From: Bilabrum cf. latius | Taxonomy: Eukaryota | Direction: 5' to 3' | Length of the DNA: 20,000 nucleotides | Assembly: GCA_965178125.1 (NCBI GenBank) | Contig: OZ237743.1 | Span: 1,351,703-1,371,702 of the forward strand | Part shown: positions 1 to 11,345 of the stretch, in pieces | How the letters are laid out: every line of letters starts with the position of its first letter | How positions within the stretch are numbered: position 1 is the first letter of the stretch | Notes under the pieces: model-generated | Told to the model about the DNA's origin: nothing | Seen by the model: only the letters and a program-made list of their open reading frames with translations | Databases searched by the model: none | Program-made: the position numbers and the translations under genes

Positions 1-605
1 GCAGCTCATGGCCAAACGTGGACTGCTCGCCAACCTCAACGGCGTAAAACGGACTAGCACTCTTCGGGGCGAACTCTGGAGTTGCTTCTGCTCCTTTCAG
101 CGCTGCGAGCTTGTCAGCGGCTTCATAGATCCAGTCTGTTGTAGAGGCCGCTGCGCCGCCACAAACGGCTCCGATAATAGAACCTGCAGCGTGGACATGC
201 CAAAATGCAGAGGATCAAGCATAGACCACGCATGCTTGGTTTTCAACACGATTCACTGAGATCTCGTTTTGCCGACGTGGCACCAAGTGCACTTGCAGTG
301 AAAGGATCCACTGCTCCTGTTAGCTTACCCCTCTGCCTGTCAGCTTGGTCACCACTTGAAGCCGAAGTTTCTGCTGCACCTGCCATAATGCTGTTGGTAT
401 CTATATCAGGGGATTGGAGTGCAAGGCCACTCGCGTCGTCAGCCAATCCAATGGATGCGTCACACGTTGGACCGCCGGCGTGGCATTCCAAAACGGCCTC
501 CATGCCGACCACATGCAAGACATTCCAAGCTACAAGAGAACCTAGGATAGATATTCGCATAGGCTTTGCCTTCTTTAATGAGGGAAATTTTGTTGATGGC
601 CGCAT
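1..605 (-). CDS. ADP-ribosylglycohydrolase family protein, crystallin J1/selenoprotein J-like; 5' part only (exon 1 605-329, intron 328-184, exon 2 183 to beyond the window edge)
   Basis: Splicing G|GTAAGC...CTGCAG|GT gives ...DQADRQRG-SIIGAVCGGAAASTTDWIYEAADKLAALKGAEATPEFAPKSASPFYAVEVGEQSTFGHEL. This resembles the crystallin J1/SelJ N-terminal pattern (DR..GAIIGA.VADAAAQPLHW.Y...PEF...SANPFY...G.QS.YGD). Alternative start at ATG 560 gives a signal-peptide-like MRISILGSLVAWNVLHVVG. Confidence 0.75.
184..328 (-). other. spliceosomal GT-AG intron (145 nt, phase 1)
   Basis: Donor GTAAGC at 328 and acceptor TGCAG at 184. Removal joins two frames into a continuous homologous sequence; the unspliced frames contain TGA. 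Confidence 0.75.
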
Positions 606-886
606 CGGATTTTATTTTTTCGCACTGTGACCAAACACTGCACTGAAATCATATGACTGACAGGAGTTCAACTGCCTGATCGCGAAAACTCAATCTACAT
701 GCAACAGCAGCATAAACATGGCAGCGTGTCCTGGCGCGAAAGCCAGTCCCGAAGCCAACATACTTGCATTCGGCAAAGCAATATCCCAAAAGAGGGCTAC
801 AGCTCACCGAGCGTCTGTGATTCCAGACTCCTCCGTTCTCTGGCGCCGCTGCGGAAATTCGCCTCTCTCATCAACGGATGCTCCTC

Positions 887-2368
887 TCAGGCCCTGATCT
901 GGAATCGCCCGGTCCTCATGAATGCCTTGACACCCTTGAAGAACCTGTAGCTCTCGGAGCTCAGCAGCACGTCCCTCACGCCCAGCCCGCTGGCAGTGCC
1001 AGAGCCCATCACGAACCGCAGCAGGGAGTGGATCCGCTCGATGGGAGTCTCTGCGCCCTCCTCACACGTGGCAGTCCCCTCCAGCCGAGGGGTGGTCCCC
1101 GGGGGGAAGGCCCCCACGATCCACGTGACCGTGTTGGCCTTGGGGTCGTACGATGCCTTGCCGTGCGTGGGCTTCAGGTTCACCGAGTTCACCGCCTTGG
1201 GGAAGAAGATCAGCAGGCCAACGTCCTCAGCCACCGGTGCGCTGGGCTTGCCGGAACCAGCCACCACCCCGGTGCCTCCCGAGGAAGAAGCCGACCTGGA
1301 CGAGACGCCTCCACGCACTGCGGTGGGGCGCGCCCCCAGCTCGAAGCGGACCTTGGCCTCGTGCCCGTGCCACTGCACGTCGGGCCGCACGGACACGGGC
1401 GCGTGGAAGGGCCCCCTCTGCGCGCACCTGTACTGCATGAGTCGGAATGGTCCGTCCGGGGGCACGAAGGAGAGGCAGCGGTCCGTCTCGAACTTGCCCA
1501 GCCGCACGCAGGGGTGGAAGGACGCGTCCTCGATCAGGCCGGGGTCGCTGAAGAGCAGAGTCAGGTCCGGGAAGCCGCTCATCTTGCAGTTGCAGTGCAG
1601 CGTGCCCCGGATGTCAGTGTGCGTGACCACGCCGTTGCCCTCGACGATGGCGTCCACCTCCTCGCGGAGATCGAAGAAGATCTCGTTCGCCGTGTACTTG
1701 ACGTCGCTGCGACGCCATGGGATAATGCTAGTGGCCCCAGCCCCGAGTTTGTCGCCGAAGGTGGTCCGCTGGCCGGTCACGAATGTCGTGAATCGCGACA
1801 GCACCGATGGGGGAGATACAAGCGTGACCAGCGCATTCGGCTCGGTCAGCATGGTGTAGCCCAGAGCAACCATCTCGTGGAGCAATTGGTAGGCGATCGC
1901 GAAGTTGTTCATCAGGACGCGAGAGGTGTGTGAGCCGAAATACAACTCGTACACGTCCACGATCCTGTGGAGCAACTCGATCACCAAAAGCGGTGGCGCA
2001 TCACCGGAGAGCACCGCCACATAAAAGCAATCGTTTCTAAGAATCGATACAATGTAGTTCTTCCCTGCCACCAAGACGGGGGGAACCTCGTCGCGCCTTG
2101 GACAAGCGTTCATCACCTCCCAGAACGTGTCTACGACGGCCCTGCCAGTCATGCTGTCCCAATGCTTCTCCAGCACCACATCACTGCGATGAAAATCATA
2201 GTTTAAGCAATAAGAATCAATCCTGCAGCATTGATGTCGGCTTCTGGTGCAGCCCGACGCATGCAAAGCATCAAGCTTCGCCGACAGGCGCGCAATACCG
2301 GCAGATTTTTCGGAAGTAGTCTGAGCTCACCCGTTGCTCGAACTCAAAACAAACAATGATTGCAACAT
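887..2368 (-). CDS. AP3M: AP-3 adaptor complex mu subunit (444 aa; exon 1 2368-2331, intron 2330-2184, exon 2 2183-887, stop TGA)
   Basis: Spliced N-terminus MLQSLFVLSSSNGDVVLEKHW; PPLLVIELLHRIVD; NNFAIAYQLLHEM..GY..LTEPN; IPWRRSDVKYTANEIFFD; MSGFPDL; SFHPCVR; LSFVPPDGPFRLM; C-terminal FKGVKAFMRTGRFQIR. All are typical mu3 motifs. Confidence 0.95.
2184..2330 (-). other. spliceosomal GT-AG intron (147 nt, phase 2)
   Basis: GG|GTGAGC donor and CGCAG|T acceptor restore the conserved M.xSLF.L...GDV.LEKHW start of mu3. Confidence 0.9.
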
Positions 2369-2652
2369 GGATTGAGCTATAAGCCAGCAATTAGTTGCCA
2401 AACGGGCAGGATCGTTTGCTTTTCTTGCTCGCGATTTTGTGTGCTCGTAAACACACACAACTTAAATTATCTGGTTATTCACAGGCAGTCCTGAGTCTGC
2501 AACAAACTGGCTCAAGGCTGCTCTTTTTGGTGAGTTTTCTTGTATCTATCGCAATAATCGGTGTATCGCTATTGTATTACAGACCAGCATGGCACAAATG
2601 CTCCCGCTGTACTCTTCCAACCATGCAGTACCGCTGCCAACTGTAAAGGGCA

Positions 2653-5600
2653 ATGTCAGGGAGTTTTCCTCCTGAACCGTTGTCCAAACAAGCTGCGTGG
2701 CTCCAGTACCCCCCAAGAGGCGTTGTATCAGCGGCTGCCCTCCAGTCAATCGACTTGGATGCTGGTGGTGCTGCTGCTTAGCCAGTCCCAGGACCCGCAC
2801 GCTTCCTTCAATTCAGCAGAAATTCACGTGGAGCTGCTGGTGCAGCTCTAGATGATGACCCTGACTCTATCGTGCGATCGTGGTCACGGGCATCTCCAGA
2901 AACAGCCGGGGAAAAGCACGGTGCTGCCTTAGGCCAACAAAGCATGAGCAGCGAGCATAAGGGACCTGCTCCTGTTGCACGTAACGAGCCTGGTATCAGC
3001 ATTGATGGTGATTTGGTACTAGCATTGGAGCCAAGTGGGTCCTCCAACACGGCTCGATGGGACAAGGAGAGGCGTCGAGCTGCACTTCTCGGGCCAAGAC
3101 CGCAGGACAGACCGAAGCGGCGCTCGATGCTGGACGGCAGCTCCAGCTCCAGCTCTAGCTCAGAAAGTGACGATGACGACGATGGCGAGGATCGACTGGA
3201 CCCTGGGAGTGACGCTCGCGCTGCAATGGAGGCCGCAAAAGATCAGGATTCCCAGGGGCAGTCAAACTTTGACCTAATGATGCAGCTACCAAGCGAATTC
3301 CGTCGCATGCTCTACTAGCTTGTAGTCTGGCCGTGGTTCGACCGAGTGGTGCTGATGCTTGTCTTTGTCAATTGCATATTCTTGGCATTGGACCGCCCCG
3401 GGGTAGACCCCGACTCTGCGCTAGGCCAGGTCATCGCGACGTCTGACCTTGTGTTTGTGATCATCTTTGCAGTGGAGTGCGGCATCAAGCTGGTGGCCCT
3501 GGGCATCATGAGGGAACCGGACGGGTACTTTAGGAGCGCGTGGAACTGGCTGGATTTCCTCATCGTGATAGAGGGGATTGTCAGCACCAGCACGGACGGG
3601 GACGGACAGCTGAGCGGGCTGCGGGCCTTCCGCGTGCTTCGGCCTCTCAAGACAGTGTCCAGGCTGGAGGGGCTCAAGGTCCTCGTGAATGCGCTGCTGG
3701 CGTCGCTACCTATGCTGTGCAATACTCTCATCGTTTGCGGGTTCTACTTTGTTATTTTCGGGATCGTGGGTGTTCAGATTTGGCGAGGACTCTTCGTGCA
3801 GCGGTGCTTCATGCGAGACTCTGGGCTGCTCGACCCAGAGGACGAGCGGCTGTGTGGCGGCATGCACCAGTGCCGGCAGGAAGCATTTTGCGGTGAGTGG
3901 ACCGAAAATCCAGCTGAAGGGGTGGTGTCCTTCGACAACATCCTGTGGGCGTGCAGTACCATCTTCGCCTCGATCACGCTGGAGGGGTGGGCGCAGGCCA
4001 TGTACGACTCCCAGGACTCGGGCGGGAGGTGGAGCTGGCTCTTCCACGTGCTCATGATCGTGTTTGGCGCCTTCATTTTGATGAATCTCACGCTTGCCAT
4101 CATTCTGACCAAGTTCCGAGACAGTGTAGAGGAGCAGGAGCGGGACAAGGTGCGGGCTCAGCTCTTGCAGGAGAGGAAGGCTCTCATGAAGGCGCGCATC
4201 ATGCGCATGCGGAGGGAGAGAGAAGCTATGCGCGCGCAGCAGGCCATAGGGGCAGTCACACAGACCGCCAGTCTCAAACTTGCGCAAGCTGCCAGCAGAG
4301 CAAAGGCAAGAATCGCCAAGTCGGCTTCACAGCGAAGTGCGGGCAAGGACGGCCGACCGAGCGATGGAGAAGCCCACCCGCCATCCATTGCAGCCCCGAC
4401 CGGTCCATCTGCCGTGCATACCGAGCAGCTCTCCGTCGACCGTCTGGGTCCTGGCATCGATGCAGGCTCGATCGAGATGACTGCTGCGGGCAGCCGAGCA
4501 GCAGGGTCGGGTAGGCCCGGCTCCGCCTCCCCAGAACACGACGAGAACCAAGGGGAGGACCCCAACATGGACTTCTAGCTCGACGGGGCTACCGCTGGCC
4601 AGGCTCGTTCGAATGCCCATGTGGGGCTTGGTGCGATCAGCAAGCGCTCAAACCTGGGGGGTACTGGACGGGCTACCGCGGACCAGTGGGTGCGTGGCGA
4701 GAGGAAGGTGCGGTCCAGCGGGGAGGAGGAAGATGTCGAGGGGATGCTGAGCGACTATGATGAGTATGGTGACGACTCGGACGACGACGACGAGGACGGC
4801 GACGGGCTATTTGGCGCTGTCTCGTGGTGCTGCGTTGCTGCTTGGCAAGGCCTTCTTGCGGCGACTGCGTGCGTAGATGCTGCAATATGGGCGCCCATCC
4901 GGGAAGTTGTGGGTCCCGTCGCCACGCATTCATGGTTCGACAGCGCTATCCTGGCTTGCATCGTGCTCAACACTGTAGTGCTGGCCATTGACCACCACAA
5001 CATGGACGCAGAGCTGGAGCGGGGCTTGGCCACCGCCAACATCATATTCACCTTCATTTTCGTCGGAGAGATGGTGCTAAAATGGCTGGGGCTAGGCCTC
5101 TACGTGTACTTTTCGGAGGCATCCAACACGTTCGATTTTGTCATCGTGGTGCTGTCTCTAGTGGAAGTGGGACTCGGGGGCTCGTCTTCATTCGCTGCCT
5201 TCCGGACTGTCCGGCTCTTCCGAGTCGCTCGAGTGGCCAAGTATCTGAAATCAATGAAAATGATCATCGATGTGGTGGGGCGATCGCTGGAGAGTTTCGG
5301 ATACATCGCTTTGCTGCTGCTCCTGTTCTGCTTCATCTACAGCGTGCTAGGCATGCAGCTATTCGGTGGTGCGTTCGATGAGTCCGTCGCACTGGGTGAG
5401 GAGCTTCCGCGAAACAACTTCGACACACTGCTGTGGTCTTTCGTGACAGTGTTTCAAATCCTTGCTGGAGAAGCCTGGAATGAGGTCATGTACAGCGTGG
5501 TGGGTGCAACAAGCCCCATCTATATACTGTACTTCATCTCGTGGGTGGTCATCGGTCAGTTCATCCTGCTGAACCTGTTCCTTGCAGTTCTGCTGGACAA

Positions 5601-8600
5601 CTTCTCGCAGTAGGAGGAAGAGGACGAGGAAGAACTGGAGAGGGAAGCGCTGCACAAAGTAGAGCATGCGTCCTAGATCCAGCAAGGCGACGGCATACCC
5701 GGTCGGGAGAGCCCTGTGAGAGTGACAGCTCTCGCAGATGCCACCGGGATTCAGGCTGCAAACGAGTAGACTCGGCGGGCAAGGGTCGTGCAAGCAGAAG
5801 AGAGCCAGTCTAGGCATGCCGAAGAAGACTTGTTGTGCGGGTAGAGAGCTTCTCGAGCGCTGTGCTTCCCTGCCCGAATGCTATGCAATGCTTGTGGCAA
5901 TCCCAGCGCCATGGACGACGCCCAGTCTCGCATGGCGTCAGCTGCATCAGAGCGACTGCGAAAGCAACGACGATCTCGCAAGGTGAGACAAGCACTTGAG
6001 AAGGCGGCAAAATCCCGTGCAGCCAAAGTCTCAAACCGCTTGGAAACGGCACGGCTGTCACTGGGTAGCCTTGGATTCATGCGGCCCCGGTGTGAAGTGG
6101 CTCTGATGGCCATGTTGCGGCCTCTGGAGCCAGGTGCGCTGCAGGAGTATGCTGTGCAGCAGGCCCAGCAGAGCGGGCTGGCCGAAGATCATGGCCTGGA
6201 CGGGGTTGGGCTCGTAGCAACCAGCAGCGCGATAGCAACTGCGGCACACTCCCATGCGGCTCAACCGGATACGTTTGGCAGTGGGCAAGCAGCGGGGGCT
6301 TAGCACAGTGTGCAGCGAGAAGCCTCGGAGCGCTCCAAGATCTCGGCCATGTCCAGCGAAGGGGAGGTGGGTGTGTCGCTTCCCGAAGCCTCCGTGCGTC
6401 TATCCGAGGTCATGCTGCGAGAGCTAGTGTACTTGCAAGCGGAGAAGCGTATCAGGGCGATTCGGGAGCGAAAGCAATAGATTGTGGAGGCCCAAGCAGG
6501 CTTGATGCCTGTCGATAGTCCATCCGCAGTTGCTGCTGTGGAGCAGAGCCAAGCCGGGAGAGGACCGAGCGACCCCCGGGTAGACCGGCAACGCATGTTC
6601 CGGGCTGCATCATCTCCTGCCATGCAGCGAACTCTGTCGAAGATCAGCCCGCTGCAGAAGGTTCTGCTGGAGGTCGAGGACGCGCTCCCACCACTGAACA
6701 GGCTGGACGCCATCCGAATGGCCAATCTAGAGAGGGTCATGAGCGGCAGGCCCAAGGTGGTCCTAAAGCCTAGGCTGCCCATCACACTCGCGTACGAGCT
6801 TGGATCCAGCACGCAATGGGCACGATAGCTGCAGCCAGACCGCCCCATGCTGCTAGATGTGCCCCAGGACGAGCACGACCGGCGGCTCGTGGTGTGCATG
6901 AACGTTGTCCGCAAGTGGCGAGATTTCATGGGCGCTCGCAGGCCAGCGCCTGCGAATGAGGAGGCGCAGGTGAAGCTTGCTGAAATCGATGCCGTGCGTC
7001 GCATTCGAGCACATTCTGCGATGTCAGCTGGAGTCTCTCCGCTCGGCGAGCGTCAAGCAGCGAGTCGCAATGGTGGCTAGGACTCTCCGGTCGTCCGTAT
7101 CGCAGCGGGCAGCGGCGAATCGAATGATAGCCCATCCGCGAGTCGGGGCAGTCAGAGCCATGCTGATTCGAACGCGGTACTGGTGGATGCTGCAAATCTG
7201 GACCAAGCTCTGGAGTTTGGCGAGATCAATTATTATGGAGGACAGGAGGCGCCGGGCTAGCCGGCAGCCGACGCTCAGCTTCCCTCAACGCAGGCACGAA
7301 TGGCTGCACTGACGTGCGTCGATGCTTGGGAGCACGTGCTAGCCCGCTCGCTGGGCCTCCTCGTGGACCGCCGGATCAACCCCGCTGACGCAGACCTCTC
7401 AGATGAGCGAGAGATTGAAGACGGCATCTTGTTGCCGAGAGAGGCGCCACCACCGGAGTCCCCTGCATCCGCACCTTCAAAGCCAGGCGGTGGCGGCGAT
7501 GAACCCGATCCAGACTTGCCCGAAGCTCTGGAAGCGTTGATGCTGGACGACGAAACCGCGGAGCGGCGCATCTTCATGGAGTACCAGGGCAACCACGTGT
7601 GCTGCGTGCCGCGGCACAGCTACCTTGCGAAGAGCATGCGGTACTTCGTGGAGCACCCTTTCACTGTGTGCACCATGCGGGGGAAGCCCTGGAACATAAC
7701 GTTCGATGGCATCGTCCTCGTCCTCATCATCATCAGCTCGGTTCTGCTGGCATCCGAGCCTCCGCCAAGGGACGGAGTCACGCAACCTGGTGTGGGGGTC
7801 AACTCCACCGGGGGCGATGCACTGGACCCCTCACAGCCGCTGGTTGCGCTAGAGATCGTGTTTACAATCCTGTTTACCGCTGAGATTGTCATAAAGGTGC
7901 TTGCGTATGGGTTCCTGTTCGCTCCTGGAGCCTACCTGCTGTCTGCCTACAACGTGATCGATTTCCTGGTTGTGGTGGCATCCGTGCTGAATCTGTCGCT
8001 GACTCAGTACAACTTCGGATTTTTGCGGACACTGAGGCTCCTCCGCACATTGCGGCCTCTGCGCGTGATCAGCAGGAACGAGGGGATGCGCGTGGTCGTG
8101 AGCGCCCTCATCTCGAGTGTAGGGGGCATCGTGAACGTGGCCGTCGTGGTACTGCTCGTGTGGCTCATGTTTGCAATCCTGGGCGTGCAGCTGTTCTCAG
8201 GCCGCATGGGAGACTGCAATGACCCTGACTTCCCGGCTGGTGCCCCTCGAGAGGGCGTACTGGTGCAGCCAGGCAACTCTTCCGCGGGGTACGTCGTGGA
8301 CCCATGCGGCCCAGGAGTATTCTTTACGGACGAGTCGGGTGAGCGCGCTGAGCGCGAGTGGGTCACGCCAGATCAGAACTTCGACAACGTATTCAACGCC
8401 ATGCTCCTGCTGTTCGTGACCAGCAGTGGCGAGGGGTGGCCAGACGTGATGTTTCGCACGGCTGACGTGACCGGCGTGGAGAAACAGAGGGAGAGGGGTG
8501 CGAGCGCAGTCGCGGTCCTGTACTTCATCGCCTTTATCATAGTGGGGTCATTCTTCTTCTTGAACCTGTTCGTCGGCGTGGTGTTCGACAACTTCATGCG

Positions 8601-11202
8601 GCTGAAGAAGGAGTACGACTCGGCAGGCTTCTTGACGGACGGGCAGAGGGACTGGGTCGGGTAGTAGAGGAAGCTCGCGAGGGCCAGCCCCGAAGCAATG
8701 ACTCGAATGCCATCCGACACCAAGGCAAACGCGTGCCGCCGTCAGGTCTTCTTGCTAGTGAACAGCAGCTGGTTCCGGTGGGTCATCATCGCGTGCATCA
8801 GTCTGAACATCGTCGCGCTTGGGATCAACTATGCCGAGGAGAGCGATGGGTACGCTCTTGCACTGGAAATCATAAACTATGTCTTCAGCCTGGTGTTTCT
8901 GGCAGAAGCCATCCTTAAGCTATATGGCATGGGGGTGGACCAGTACTTCGTGTCGCCGTGGAACCAATTTGATTTCGTGGTTGTGCTGGGCTCGATCGCC
9001 GACGTGATTTGCGCCAGCATCAACTTCCCGCTTGGTGTACTCCTGGCTAGGATATTCAGGATCATGCGCGTCCTTCGCGTCGTGCGACTAGGCAAGGAGA
9101 TCAACAGCTTGCGGAGGCTGATCCTCACCCTATGGGCGGCAATCCCCTCCCTGATCAACGTGGGGTCCCTGCTGCTGCTGCTATTTTTCATCTACGCAAT
9201 CATGGGCGTGCAGAGCTTCGGGCACATAACCCTTGGAGAGTCTATCGATGCCCACACCAACTTCTTTAACTTCACGAACGCTCTCCTGACCCTGTTCCGC
9301 ATCTCGACCGGAGAGGGCTGGGAGGGCATCATGTTCGACTGCATGGTGGAGGAGCACGGCGGAGCTGCGATCGCTCCGCTGTACTTTGTGAGCTTCGTGA
9401 CCATTGCTTCGTTCGTTATGCTCAACCTTTTCATCACCATCATCGTGGACGAGTTCGAGCAGCAGGAGCAGGAGTCGGCGGGTATGACGGAAGGGCACCT
9501 CCGCGCCTTCAACATGGTGTGGAAGTTCTTCGACCCGGCGGGGACTGGTCGCATCCCGGTGGCATACCTCGAGCCATTCCTCCGTCACCTGCCGCCCCCC
9601 ATGGGCATCTCCACTCCTCAGGACGACGAGGACGCCTTGAATGCCGCTCGCAGCGAGGCTGCTTCCGACAAAGGGGGCCAGCGCTCCCTGCAGGCCCTGG
9701 AGATGAAGCGGGACCGGGCCACATTTTAGGCATTCCTGGCGCGCCTCAAGCAGCTGGACCTGACCTCGTACGAGAGGCACGTGCACTACAGCGAGCTGCT
9801 GCTGGCGGTGCACCGGACCAGCTTCGGCTCGGACATCCCCGAAGAGGTCATGGCCTCGCTGGGGCTGGACCGGGCCCGCATCCGGGCCAAGATCGAGAAG
9901 AAGGCCCTGAGACAGGCTGCTCGCAGGCGGCTGCTCAAGCAGTACGCGCAGGCAGCGGGTGCGTCCTAGAAGGAGGCCTCCGCGATGGTGCGGGCCGCGG
10001 AGGAGCAGGAGAGGAGCGACGCGGGGCTGGATCCCGCCCCGCCCGCGCGGAAACGTGGCGGCATAGGCAAGGCAGCTGGCGGCAAGAATCTCAAGAAGAA
10101 GGGAAAGTCCAAGGCCACGCTTGTGCATAAGGTTATGGCGGACGTGGCAGTGTTTGCAGCTGGCAGCGATGTGCGCCAGCTGGAGGACATGGTGCAGGTA
10201 CGCACGCAGAAGCACAGCGTGGCCGAGCTGATGGCCTCGGTAGCCATCGTGAACGCGTTCAGAGCCTGGAGGAAGCGCATCCGGAGGCAGGCCAAGCTCA
10301 GGGCGCAGCACGAGGCAGCCGTGCGGAGAGCTGTGGTTGCCATCGCGGGGTCGGAGTCTGCGGCCGTCGCGTCGCTGGCTGGGTCTCCGAGCCCTAAGCG
10401 GGCAATCTCGCGCGGACTTTCCAGGGGAGGCGTGGCGTCGTCTGCGGCATCGGGTGCGGCACTTGCTGCCGACAAAGTGACTGGTAAGCCGCCAGCTGTA
10501 CCCCGGGACAGCAAGATGGGCGCGGGCTCGGTGGGACGCGACCGAGGGACGTGGGGAGGCCAATCTAAGCAAAGGTCAGACGAACTCCCGGCCTCCTAGG
10601 CCAGTGCTGACCCAGAGCTTGGTGGGCCTGCGCAGTCGCGCCCTGCCGCTTCTGCAGCTGCGAAACTGGTGAGGAGCAGCACCAGCAATGGCTCGCCGGC
10701 CCAACCGCAAGCGAAGAGTGCCACAGCTCAAGCACCTGCACCGGCACCTGCACCCGCGCCGGCACCTGCACCTGCACCTGCACCTGCACCTGCACCTGCA
10801 CCTGCACCTGCACCTGCACCTGCACCTGCACCTGCACGTGCACGTGCACATGTCCCAGAGTCCGCACGAGCTGGGCGGCAAGCATCTGAGTCTCTGGTAG
10901 CCAGTCGTTCCGGGCATAGCGATGATGCCGGGGGTCGCCTGGAGCAGCAGGACAAGAGCTTCTCAGGTGCCATGGTTGAGGACTAGGGTGACAGGCAGTC
11001 ATCGGAAGTATCGGGTACAAGGAAGGCAAAGAAGGCGTCCCGTCCCAAACTTACGCCGGAGGAACTGCTGGCTAGGACCGAACGTGCCTTGGAGGCAGTC
11101 ATGCGCCTGAAGAAGCACAAGAAAGTTGGCAGCCAAGCGCGTGGTGGCTCCAGCGAATCAAAGCTTGCAGGTGGAGAAGCAAGCAACACAGGTGGTCAAT
11201 AA
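2653..11202 (+). CDS. four-domain voltage-gated calcium channel alpha-1 subunit (EEEE filter), 2849 aa, apparently intronless, with 18 in-frame TAG sense codons; stop TAA
   Basis: The ORF-track pieces starting at 2872, 3346, 4621, 5878, 6484, 6847, 7300, 8698, 9781, 9985 and 10669 share one frame and are separated only by TAG. S4 sensors: LRAFRVLRPLKTVSR, FRTVRLFRVARVAK, LRTLRLLRTLRPLRVISR, ARIFRIMRVLRVVR. Pore loops: ITLEGW, LAGEAW, SSGEGW, STGEGW. EF-hand-like WKFFDPAGTGRIPVAYL and IQ-like IVNAFRAWRKR. The first in-frame ATG after TAA 2644 is at 2653, so the start is inferred. Confidence 0.93.
10732..10836 (+). repeat. coding hexanucleotide repeat (GCACCT)n encoding an Ala-Pro tract in the channel C-terminal tail
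   Basis: About 17 units of GCACCT with a few synonymous variants, in frame with the channel. Confidence 0.95.
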
Positions 11203-11345
11203 TGTTATATGAATCGTAATACCGTTTGTTGTTATAACTAATGTAGAGCGCGATAGCTGCGTTCCATTCCGATTCCGCAGCATTCGCGAGAGCAAACCAA
11301 ACTACACTCCATCCCTGGTCTATTAGCATTTTAGCCTCTGAAGTG

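Noticed and set aside
2184-2266. ORF-track N-terminus of AP3M (MHASGCTRS...) and a possible non-canonical short intron after INAAG
   Set aside because: A canonical GT-AG intron (2330-2184) to an upstream exon MLQSLFVLSSSNG gives the conserved mu3 start.
878-10572. Long antisense or alternate-frame ORFs (e.g. 878-1933 +, 996-1859 +, 9181-10572 -)
   Set aside because: Shadow ORFs expected opposite GC-rich coding sequence; no recognisable motifs.
2872-10986. Separate single-domain (bacterial NaChBac- or CatSper-like) channel genes, as suggested by the ORF track
   Set aside because: All pieces are in one frame, separated only by TAG, and ordered as domains I-IV with the conserved III-IV linker and C-terminal EF-hand-like region.
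2653-11202. TAGs as 3' ends of small in-frame introns
   Set aside because: It would require 18 frame-preserving introns. The flanks read as continuous protein and lack the GTRAG donors and lower-GC composition seen in the four real introns here.
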